Assembly: GCA_047967505.1 (NCBI GenBank)
Contig: CM106538.1
Length of the DNA: 64,000 nucleotides
Source: Dipteris shenzhenensis
Lineage: Eukaryota
Strand: one strand, 5' to 3'
Part shown: positions 36,087 through 47,167 of the stretch, in pieces
Numbering within the stretch: position 1 is the stretch's first letter
Layout of the letters: the number at the start of each line of letters is the position of its first letter
Notes under the pieces: generated by a model
Database searches by the model: none
The model's input: the letters and a program-made list of their open reading frames with translations, nothing else
What the model was told of the DNA's origin: nothing
Made by a program: the position numbers and the translations under genes

Positions 36087-36158
36087 TGGAAGACATCAGC
36101 ACAAAATAGTCGGAACGCCCTCCAATCGGAGAAAGAAGGAGCACATGTGCCCAAGGTG

Positions 36159-36630
36159 AGAGCGAAGGGGAAGTCAACCTTCAGAGGCGAAGTCTAGAAT
36201 ATGGGCTATGAAAGAGAGAAAAATAGCAGACACAGGGGAGAAGATATACGCAGGAATGCTGTACTTCTTGGCTATTCCACCAATCCACCATAGCACACAG
36301 TCCTAGATGATATTAACACACCCTGCATCAGTTTTTGACTTGACCAGAAACTCCTCAAACATGTTCGCCATCTTTTCAATCGCATCTATTATACCTCTAA
36401 TGTGGTCTTCACTATTGCTACTGCTCTCCAAAGGTAATCCATCTAGCAATCCAACTAAGTGAATCGGGACGTCCTCTTGCATTTGAACACGAGAAATGTA
36501 ATGCTCAGTGCATACGAAGGTGATAGAGAGCCTAGCAAAGGCGAGTTTGTGGGACAAATCCAAGGCAGTGTTGATGTGGCCTTGAGCAGGGAATGGACAA
36601 ACGATCGATCATGTGGGCAAACTCACCCAT
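36159..36630 (-). pseudogene. UDP-glycosyltransferase (GT1) N-terminal half, inverted
   Basis: IVCPFPAQGHINTALDLSHKLA...ITFVCTE...DGLP...CVNII*DCVLWWIGGIAKKYSIPAYIF...LPLRS. Frameshift and stops. Confidence 0.9.
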
Positions 36631-38029
36631 GAGATCTGTCGATATCAATGAGCTCAAACACGGATGATAAGCAAATTTGTTGCGTTGAGTGGGGCTTCCC
36701 ATGTCGAGCTACAAATAGGGTGAAGACAAATTTTGTATTAATATTTTGTAAAGTTTAAAACTCTCCATTTTGTAATATTTGTCTCTTTGGAATCCAACTT
36801 TATAATAACATAATATTTATCGGTATTGGAAGTTGGAATCTTAAACGGAGTTCAATATGCATTTGTGTTGGACTTTGGCATCTAATCTATCCATGTGCTC
36901 CCCAACTCATCACTTTTACAATATTTGTTGGTATTGAAAATTCGAATCCAATTTTTTGAATAGAGTTCATATGCTAAAACCTTATATGTAAAAGTGAAAT
37001 TTGCACATGTTAGTGGTATAAGTGAATGTGCATGTGCGATTCTCATGCACCCTCAAATAATTTTTTGAATCGAGTTCACATGCTAAAACCTCATGCGTAC
37101 AAGTGAACATTGCACATGTTACTGGAACAAGTGAATGTGCACATGCAATTCTCACACATGCATTCAAGATCTATTTTTCAAACCTCTTATCTATTAATAT
37201 TGTATGATTAAAAGATACTCTTTTTCTATATAAATCTAAAAAAATTTCCAAAATGTTTTCTATGATCCTCCTTCATAAATATATAGGCACTTTGCTTTTA
37301 TGCGTCACGCTAAGCTACAAGTGAATGTGCATGTGAAACTCTTGAAACTCTCATACATTCTCAAAGAATATTGCAAGTGAAGCCCAACAAAGTGCAAGGT
37401 AGAGGGGCCTATTTTTGTGCATTTAATTTTTGAACTGGGCTAAGATCTAGAGCATGGGGGGGCTTATCAAGATTATTGGAGTGATGAGGGATGGAGGAGG
37501 ATGTAAGAGTTAAATTTATCTTTGGTAGAGCTATCTAAATGCATGAACCCGAGGTGCAACTAAAGATATATTTACCCTTGGTAGAGGGCAAACCTAGAAG
37601 AGGAAATTTGTGGGCATGCGCAAATACTCAACAAGTTTGAGTAGAATATGAAGATGTAGACCTTGTTTTGAGTTTTCTAAATTTACAAGCTTACTAGTTC
37701 TTGAATGAACAAAAAAGTTTGAAGGGAGTAGATCATCTCCTAGTGTAACATTCACATATTAGGGGGGCTTTACCCAATGTGACATCCAACCCTAGCAGAG
37801 GCAAAGAAACACCACATATAGAGGGGCAATCACGTGAAGAAGTGGTGGAGCTATATAGAGATAGAAACCTAGAGAGATACAAAAAGGTGACATTGCATGT
37901 GAATTGTAGTGAGGAAGTGTGCATTCATGCATGCCAAGGCTTTTTTAAGTTCAATAAAAGTCGAATTAATTCTTTAAAATTTATTTTGTAATGGGTCAAA
38001 AGGACCTAAAAACCTGCTAACTTCCACAT

Positions 38030-39365
38030 GGGACTTTATAAATCCCTTGTGAGACATGTATCCAATCCTACAAGGGACCCTAAACTCCAATATGGGACTT
38101 CAAATCCCTTGTCGAACATGGATCAAATCTTGTAAGAGACCCCCACATTCGTATGTGGGACTTCAAATCTCATAGGGGTCCCCAAACATGCAATTTCAAA
38201 TATCCAATTTGAAATTCAAATACTCCATCTGTGTTATTAAGTTCACTCCCATGGCTTGGGCTTCTAACCTCATATGTGGCATATTGAATACCAGGTCTAG
38301 GACTTAGAAGATTGCTTGTGGGATTTTTTCTCCCCAAAATAAAATTGCATGAGGGATATTGATTCCTCCTATATGGGGAGTCCTAAACTTGTATGTGGGA
38401 CTTCAAATTTCATGTTCAGGACGTCAAATTTTCCATGTGGGACATTGCTTTAATCCCTCAAGTGTTGTTGATTTATTTCCATAAGGGATCTAACCCTATA
38501 TTAGGGAATTTGGGAAATTTCAATAGTTTGGGAGCTTCCAATATGGTTAAGATTTGGCCACATGGTCAAATCTTAATCCCATGCTTAAAAGTAGAATTCA
38601 TCCTAACCACTAGAGATGCCCAAATTCTCTCATATAGTATTACGATCATGAGATGACACAAAAAGGATACAATACTAATAGTATGCTAGTTAGTAGTGTG
38701 TTAATAATAATGACCCCTTTGCGAGGCTAGTATTAGCAATATGTTAATAGTATGCTAGTTATAGCAGCTTACTAATAGCATGTGAGTTAGCTTTATGCTA
38801 ACAGTATGTTCACAGTACGCTAATAACATGCCAACCATATGCAACAAGATGCTAATGGTATGCTCTTCGTAGTATGCTAGCAATATGCTAGTTAGTAGTA
38901 TGCTAGTTAGTAGAATGTTAGTATTATGCTAGTTAGCAAATATCTATAGGCATATCACACATTATCTATGCTATTATGTGCATTATAACACATTATTTGA
39001 GTTATTCTCTACTATATATATATGATATTTTGTCCTATATTATGTGTATTATAGCACATTATCTATGCTATTCTTTGATATTTTGTGATATAAAACATCA
39101 TCTATGCTATGATGAGCTATATTATGTTCTATTTTGTAGTCACATTAAGTTTTTAGCATGATACAATATGCTATTCATGTTATATTCTATGTTATTCTAT
39201 GCCATTTGTATCCATAGAGTATCGATATAGAACAATCTCTATAGTATGCATTAATCACATTAACTTTTCAACATGTGCAAATTCACTACTATGACATAGT
39301 ATGCTATTTATGCTATAAACTATGTAATTTTGTGCTATTTTTAACCATATAGCACAATCTCTATG
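38030..39365. repeat. Three blocks of degenerate short tandem repeats (TGGGACTTCAAAT; TAGTATGCTAGT; CACATTATCTATGCTATT)
   Basis: Recurrent motifs at ~38030-38450, ~38670-38940 and ~38950-39365. Confidence 0.6.
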
Positions 39366-39371
39366 AAATGC

Positions 39372-39405
39372 CGTTAGGGGAGAAATGGGGTCTCAAAATG
39401 GCCTC
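39372..39405 (+). repeat. Second terminal repeat of the RAG-like transposon (probably the right TIR, displaced by inversion)
   Basis: CGTTAGGGGAGAAATGGGGTCTCAAAATGGCCTC matches 30569-30602 at 31/34 positions, then diverges, unlike the three left ends, which stay similar further in. Confidence 0.7.
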
Positions 39406-39820
39406 CAATTAGTATTTCCTAATTTCAAGGGATTAGAGAGTGATTTGAGGTGTACTAATGAGAGTGCTAGAAGGTGTCGAGCAATGGTATGTTGAGATGG
39501 AGGGTGGGTGAGCCTTCAGAGAGCCCCCATTGGTTTCTCCTCTTGCACTAGGGACCACCCAAACCATCCCCCCCCTCTTAACCCATGTTTGACCCTCCTA
39601 CCAGGTGCACCTCCCCTACATGAGCCCAAAATTGCCTTCAATGGGATGGTAGGGCCCTTCTGGCAAATTTTCCTTCTCCCCTCCCTCTTTCTAGGGCCTC
39701 TGGCCCCCACTGTTCTAGTCCAGCTTGCCAAACCACTCCATCCAAACCGAATCCCATGCATTTTTCCTCTTCCTCCTCTTTCTCTGCTTCCTCCTGCTCT
39801 AGCCTACTTGCTGCAACTCC

Positions 39821-39823
39821 CCT

Positions 39824-39885
<62 letters not shown>

Positions 39886-40085
39886 GTGCCTCTGTTGGAG
39901 CTGCTCTATCCCTCTCCTTCTCCCTCTCCTGTGCCTCTGTTGCTGCTACTCTGTCCCTCTCCTTCTCCCTCTTTTGTTCCTCTATTGGAGCTGCTCTGTC
40001 CCTCTCCTTCTCCCTCTCCTGTGCCTCTATTGCTGCTGCTCTATCCCTCTCCTTCTCCCTCTTTTGCGCCTCTGTTGGAGCTGCA
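39821..40085. repeat. (CT)n microsatellite followed by a 45-bp minisatellite (~4.5 units)
   Basis: Units begin at 39881, 39926, 39971, 40016 and 40061. Confidence 0.9.
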
Positions 40086-40130
40086 TTGCCCTATGTAGGA
40101 GTCCCATTCTTGCTTGTGGCAACGATTACA

Positions 40131-41936
40131 TTTAAGCTTGTGGCGTGAAGCAATGTTAGAAAACCAACATAGATACCAAACATTTTATCGCATGGGATAT
40201 GATAGTTTTCATTTGTTGAAGTCTCAAATAGAGCCCTATTTACCATCGGTTGATACCGAATGCTTTGTTAGAAGTCCAATCTCTAGTGATCTAGCACTTG
40301 CATGTGTCTTATGGCGCTTTGCCCATGGACACTCTGCAAGGGTGATTGTTGAAATATTTGCCTTAGAATGCAGCACAATAAGAAAATATACGGAATCCAT
40401 AGTGAACATTCTATGTTCCAAACGAATGTTGGTGAAGCATGGCATTACCATTCCATCAGGTATTCACCTATGTAGAATTATATATGAGTTTGAAGCTATA
40501 ACATCTTTGCCCAACATGTGTGGTGCAATAGAGGGATCACACATTCGTTTACATTGGCTTCCTGATGAATATGATACACCCTCACACTACATGAATAGGC
40601 ATGGTTTTTCGAGTATATTGCTACACGGCATAGTTGACTCACGAAAAACCTTCTGGAGTCTTGTCTGCAATGCTCCTGGTGGTGTACATGATTCAACACA
40701 TTTCAAAGGGTCAACTGTGTATGATAAGTTGGTTAGAAAAGAGGTGTTGAAAGAGCCAATGCTCCAAATACAAGGTGAAATTATTCAACCTTACACTGTA
40801 GCAAGTTTCTGCCTATAAGGCAGAAGCATTTGTGCTAAAGGCTTTTAGGGCGAGAGGTGGGTTATACCATGAGGAGAAGGTATTGTTTAGCAAGGGTAGA
40901 GTTGTTATAGAGAATGCATTCGGCATGTTGAAAAATAGGTGGCGTATTCTTAGGGAGGTTAATGCCCACATATGCTTAGCACCTTACATCGCAGTAGCGT
41001 GTTGTGTGTTACATAACTTTGTAACCAAGCGTGGGGAGGTTGATCTAACAGATTGTGTAGACCCATATCCAAACGATAGGGAGGGTGCACGGGAGGTACA
41101 TGGAATGCGTATCGTTGCAGGAACTTGAATGCGAGGAGCTCTATTCAGAGATCTCATGTCTAGGGCTTCAGGGGTGGTAGTAGGCATCGATGTTGCGGTC
41201 GATAGTGAGGGGGAAGAAGAAGAGGATGTGGGTGATGATGTTATGACTGATGATGACTAAAGTTTATCGACTTGAAAATGTATGTATCATCGTCATATAG
41301 GTTCGAGTTGCGATGACGTCTTCGACTAATTGAGGTTAGTATTTGTCTGCTTTACATGTCGATTGCTTGTGTTGTTTGCTTGAGCATACATTGTTTGCAT
41401 TGACTTGAGGTATGTTTTCTTTTATAAAAAAAAGAAATTTGCATGGTCATGTGTGTGGTCCTTTGTTGTGTGTGTGGCCTACCTAAGCAGAGTGTTTGCA
41501 TGTTTGCATGTGGTTTGCATATCTGCTTGTTTGCTTGTTTGTAGCTTAGGTAGGCAAGGCCTCATGGTCGGGGTTCAATTCCCCTAAGGTCATAAGATTT
41601 GTTGTATAAGTGGGGCTATTCAAATTGTAAGTGTGTGTGTAGTATATACTATAAGGTTTTGTTTTCTTTCATGTAAATTATGGTTTTGTAAGATTTTGTA
41701 GATTATGGTCATACCCTATTGGATTTCTTAAGGGACATGTGCCCGTGAAACCGTTAGGATTTCCGGTGGGATCCTACACACATGTGCTTACCTGCCAGCA
41801 TACTATTGGATCATGTGCCCGAAAATCCGATAAGGTCCGGCAAACTTCCAGCAAACATGTGCCCTCAACTCCGATAGCATCAGATAGGCAACAGGTCTAA
41901 CGGAATGCAATCTCCGGCTTACATGTGCCCAACCTA
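40131..41936 (+). mobile_element. PIF/Harbinger-type DDE nuclease (disrupted) with right end and subterminal repeats
   Basis: FYRMGYDSF, CGAIEGSHI (first catalytic D to E), YMNRHGFSSI, PGGVHDS, RVVIENAFGMLKNRWRIL, ACCVLHNF. CATGTGC(C) repeats at 41735-41930. Confidence 0.88.
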
Positions 41937-42830
41937 TCTGCTACTGACGTTTCTGCTACATCTGATCTGTTTAATTTACCGGGCTTTCCGTCCCTTCATG
42001 CCTCGGAGCTTCCCGAGATGGCATGGGACCCAAATCCACTGTGCTCGTTCGAGTTTATGATCCGACTTGGATCGTCTCTCAGTGATGCAACAGGGGCGCT
42101 GATAAACACGATCTATGAGCTGGAGCAGGAAACCATCGAAAGTCTGAGACGCGGTGCAAAGGCGCTGGATATCAGAGCTATCGGGCCACTTCTGCCATTC
42201 GACACCAAAACCGAGTCCGACAACGAGAAAGTGAGCGAATCCGACCAAGAGTGCTTAAAGTGGCTGGACAAGCAACCGGACTCGTGAGTTCTGTACGTAG
42301 CATTCGGAACCGTTGCAAGCATGGGTGCGGAGCAAATGCGGGAGCTGGCGATGGAGCTAGAGGCGAGCCAGCATCGCTTCATGTGGGTGGTGAGGATACC
42401 GACGACGGATGATTTGGAGGGGGATGTGAAGAGGGTGGTACCGGAAGGATTTGAGGAGAGGACGGAGGGGAGGGGGGTGGTGGTGAGGGGGGGGGCGCCG
42501 CAGAGGAGGGTGCTGGTGCACAGGGCGACGGGGGGGTTCATGACGCATTGCGGGTGGATTTCGACGCTAGAGAGTGTGTGCGCGGGGTTGCCGAGACTGT
42601 GTTGGCGGATGTTGGGGGATCAGGGATTGAACAGCAAGCTGTTGGTGGAGGTGATGAGGGTGGGGAAGGCGATGATCGCTCTTGTGAGGAGTGAGGAGAT
42701 GGCCGGATCACCCCCACGGTACCCTCCTTCGGAACAACGCCCTCCACCTTCGAGACGTTGTCACACGAGGCTCCTCCCACTTCCAAAGCTTCCTCAATGA
42801 CATGCTCCTCCCCTCACTCCTAGTATTGTT
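41937..42830 (+). pseudogene. UDP-glycosyltransferase (GT1) C-terminal half with PSPG box
   Basis: NTIYELE, IGPLLP, CLKWLDKQPDS*VLYVAFGT, APQRRVLVHRATGGFMTHCGWISTLESVCAGLP...GDQ. Stop at 42285 and 3' deletions. Confidence 0.93.
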
Positions 42831-45021
42831 CAAGATCTTTGTTACTACATTGTTTTGCTCCTTCAAGCTCTTTGTAACTACTATAAGCATTCCTTTGTAC
42901 TTCCATGGTGTAATGGATGTTCATTTCCCCTTTCAAAGTGAAATCTTGTAATGGAGAAAATTGTTATTTCCGATTGTCAAGAATAATAATAAATGATGTT
43001 CACATGCTCGAGTACATAATATAAGGTTTGATGCCAATGCTCTATCAATGCTCCTATGAGTCTCTATAATCTTGAGGTCCTTCATCCAAACACCAACATC
43101 ACACACCTTTAGATCCTTGTTATCTGAGGTAGTGGAAATCTATCCCTAGATTTGGTATACTATGTTAAGCCTAGACTCAGTGGAAAAGGCATCCTCATCT
43201 TTGTCATCTCCCTCTTCTTATGACGTCGTCTAATAATCAGGCTCCCTCTATCAATTCATCACCTATTCTAGCTTCCTTGATAACTTGCCCCTTGATAATG
43301 TGACATGTCTTTGATCTAAGGACACTCATCTTTGGTTGTCTTAAATTTTAAAGGAGGGTTCTTATTTATGAGAACATAGCCTCTAGATTTTACTTGAAGC
43401 TTCAAGTTTTAGGAAGTGGCTTTTAGATTCAGGGCTACATAGAGAATAGTTGGATCTAGGCTTGATACTCAATCATCACTTAGTATTGAATTTGAGAAGA
43501 TGTGCTCAGATTTGAACCTCGATCATTGTCCGATTTGAGCTCTTTATACCAATTCCCAGTAAATGGCGAATCTATGAAATGTCATCTTACAAGGTTTTGC
43601 ATATTGTTCATAGTCTTGGGTACTAGATCAATAACCACCCCCTCAACTTTAGCAACTTCAAAATAAGACTGAGTTATGATAATTACCTTGGACACATGGT
43701 GAAGCACTACCAATTTCAAGTTATGAATTCGTCCACCTAGTGGGCAAAGCCAATTCTTGATAAGAGACATAAGACATAAAGGAGACATAAAGGCCGAGTA
43801 AGTGATCTTTTTGAACTAGAAATAGCCAAATGTATACCAGAGTAAGACATAGAGTGTAAACCACACCTATAGCACACTCTATGGATGCCTCCACAGTTGC
43901 AGAGTCCTTCTTTCTTATTGATAAATATATATATATCTACTTTTTCAAGCTTCGCATGAAAAGCTTGATGACGTGGGGACCTTGAGGGTTGGACCTTGAG
44001 TGTAATGCTGCTCTAACTTTGTCGCACCTTGTTCACCCTATATGCACAATCATCATTGGACCTTGCTCTAGTGGGTGTTGCCATTGGGATGTGCCCTCTA
44101 ATCCTTGAGCAGTGTAGGTTTTCTAACTTTGTAGTAGGATGTCACATTCAATGTGAATCCCATAGTGTGTGCTCCTAAGTTAGCAGTTAAGAAACTTGGG
44201 TCTGAAGTGGTCAAAATAGTTTGGGCTTCCAACTTTGCAGCAGGATGTTACATTCAATGTGTCATTGGATCCAAGCCTCTGACCATGCACCAAATCTTGA
44301 TTTGAAAAGCGAATGCCAACTCTTGGTCTTGTATGTGACTTTTGAAGTTGGATTGGAAGGATTAACCAATATATTTGGGCTTAGATTGTACCATGGATCT
44401 GCATCTTGAGATGTCCCAGCAGTACCTCTGCATGGCTTCTTGCAACTAGGTTCAAAGGGTCATTTCCCCCTTTATTTTGATGGAGCATTGTGCCCTAGGC
44501 TTCATGTTGGTTGTTCATTCTTTCACTGACTTTTTTGTGGAATTTAATAGGACCTTATAGCCTACTTTAGCCCCTTTTCACTGAGTTTTATTAGGAGGCT
44601 AAATGTTTTTTTATTTGAGCTCCCTTACTTTTCCCTTTCCCCTTTCTTTTTATGTTTCTTGTTTATGATTCTAGATGGCGGTGAGCCTTGGTTTGGCAAG
44701 AGGTGCTCAAATGGTAGCTCCTTCAACTCCCTTAACCATCAAGAGCCTTAATTTCTTTAGACAACAAAGACAAGTGTAGATTGCCATCTAGTCCCTTTAG
44801 GACAAAGCCTTGGTGGGTTGGATAGTTGGGCTTACACCTACTAGGCTTCATTAGGGGAGAATCGGGGTCTCAAAAGGGCCTCGTAAGGAATGGATTAGAG
44901 AATGCTTAACGAGCTAATGCAAGGGGCTTGGAGGGTCCCAAGGAGGCCTAACTAGCCCAACCTAGGTGGGCTAAGCCCACAATTGAGCCCACCTCTCCCC
45001 CCATCAATTAGGGGAGGGGGC

Positions 45022-45580
45022 CACTTTTTAAAGTTGCTTAGACAAGGTCAAATGGATGAGCTTTATTATGAGAGATTCATGAAAACATTGGGAGAATTTA
45101 CATCATTGATGGTAGAAGCATGGGGGGAGTCATATATTACACATTACATGGTAATCCTCCTTAGGTTGAAATTTTGTGCATTAACCTTGGGTCAGTTTAT
45201 GTTTCTAATACGATGTTTTTCTTTATAGCATATCATTTATGCACATGCACCATGGTTTGTGAGCAATGGGGGCCTCTGTCCATTTGGAATACTCAAGGCA
45301 TGGGGAAATTACACTAGAGAGAAAAGGCAACCTACTTCAAGAATACAAGGCATGGGGGTGGTATTGTGTAAAGCAATGCACAAAATGTTCGACTAGTTTT
45401 ATAGATGTCTAGAGGTCAAGACTCTCAAGCGTGACAAAGTAGAGGTCTCAAATCTTGCAAAATAATTAAGGATGTCAAGAAGACAAGGGAATGAGCTACT
45501 TGGAAGTCCTCCATAGGACAATCAAGGGGTTGCACTGTGGTTACAATGTAGAGTCAAACAGGGAAGGTGCTGGGTCCTAA
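45022..45580 (+). pseudogene. C-terminal fragment of the RAG1-like transposase
   Basis: YYERF...AWGESYITHYM|HIIYAHAPWFV...PLSIWNTQGM. Intron 45151-45228 is at the same position as in copies 1 and 3. Confidence 0.85.
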
Positions 45581-45804
45581 GAGAATCCCAAATGTAAAAT
45601 GTTTGATGAATAAAGGTAATACTATTTCAAGTCAATCTCAGATTCCAAAGTTCACAAATTTTTTTGGAAATTGCAGAGTTGCATGTGCATGTATGACATG
45701 GCGAGGTGGAGGGTTGGGTGGGGTGGCTGGGGGTGAAGAGCTAGCATTAGTAAACGGGCGACAAAAAGGGGGGGGAACCTGACAATTCTTAATTTAAACT
45801 GGAC

Positions 45805-45846
45805 TATAAATAAAAACGCTAAAGTGCTTTAAAAAGACTATATAAA
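45805..45846 (+). promoter_or_regulatory. Candidate TATA boxes for the H3-like gene
   Basis: TATAAA at 45805 and TATATAAA at 45839, 39 nt before the ATG of MARVKQTA. Confidence 0.5.
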
Positions 45847-45877
45847 GCATTTCAAAACCCTAAAATGCCACATTTCT

Positions 45878-47120
45878 ATGGCACGAGTTAAACAAACTGC
45901 TAAACCAATTGGATGCTGTTTAGATGCCACCCACTCTTCTCCTCACAAGTCCATTGCTTGCAAACATACTTTGAGCCCCAGTGGCCAAGAAGGTGATGAA
46001 GGCTATTCTCATCGACAAAAGTCCCGGCAATGCGAGTCCCCACCATTTGACTCTCATAGGGGACTCCAGCACCACCTAGGATCTTAGCACGATTAGGGAT
46101 CCCAGCACGATGAGGGGCCCTCTCAATCCTTCCACACAACCAACCGTGGAAGTAGAGAGGTCTCCCAAGAGGTTTAAAATAGTCCAAAAAATCCTGATCG
46201 ACTGCAAACCACTGTCAGTCCCCTCCCTCCTCCGTGGGGTCTTGGCATGGAGCATTTAGACTAACAAGGGGAGCAACAAGGGAGAAGCCACTAGAATATG
46301 GAGAAGCTAAATGGGGCACAACAGAAGGAAGTATTTGGTGGGCTCACATGTATTATGAACTTTGGCCCCAATCCTCCAACCAAGCAGAACGCACAGAAGA
46401 GCGTCCTCAACCCTCTATGCCTTGAGATTGTCACATGTGAGGAGCCCCTGGTCGAGTTGAGCAAGAGCCTCATCTTGACTCATAGCCTTAGCCAAAGTGA
46501 AGGAAGACAATGACAAAGAAGGCCCCAAGGTGTAAGAGGCCACCTAGACACACCCATCAGACACAAGAAGAGGACTCTAAAGACGAGGTTGCAAGGAAGG
46601 AGAGACGGAAGAAGTTTGAAGTAGACAAGCAGCCATGGAGCCATGTCCAAAGGCTGGTGCAGAACCCTCCAAAGATTAAGAGGTGCAAGAAGTCAGGAGT
46701 GAAGGCACTTCAAGAGATCCCCAAGTTCCAGACCATTGTGGACAATTTCATTCCGTGTGTGCCCTTCCAACGTAATATCAACAATACAAGGATGATGTTG
46801 GTTTCACTTTAGGCACTATGGGAGCAATTCAAGAGGAAATGGAGCAGATGACAGCATTGGAACTTAGGGAGAGAGGAGAGCTTCATCATGGAGGTGAGTG
46901 AGAACACATGAAATATTCAAATGGGTGTTCTATTCATTGTGAAGTCCCTCTTTTATAGAAATGGAGAGAGGGTGTCCTAAATCAATGGCACCTCTTCTAC
47001 ATCAATGGAGGTAGCTCCTAAATCATAGGAACTCCACAATCATAGGCAACACCCCATGTGGGGGCCTTTGCATTACATCATCACCTGTGTCATGGTCTAT
47101 GGCACTAAGTGTGCCTCTTC

Positions 47121-47167
<47 letters not shown>

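Larger units (their letters stand above)
30569..36090 (+). mobile_element. Copy 1 of a RAG1/Transib/Chapaev-like DNA transposon carrying a histone H3-like gene and a convergent unknown ORF
   Basis: Terminal repeat CATTAGGGGAGAATTGGGGTCTCAAAAGGGCCTC. Gene order is shared with the copies at 44849 and 56468. Confidence 0.85.

Noticed and set aside
39881-40085. CRISPR-like array
   Set aside because: The tandem units are contiguous with no unique spacers, there are no cas genes, and the context is eukaryotic.
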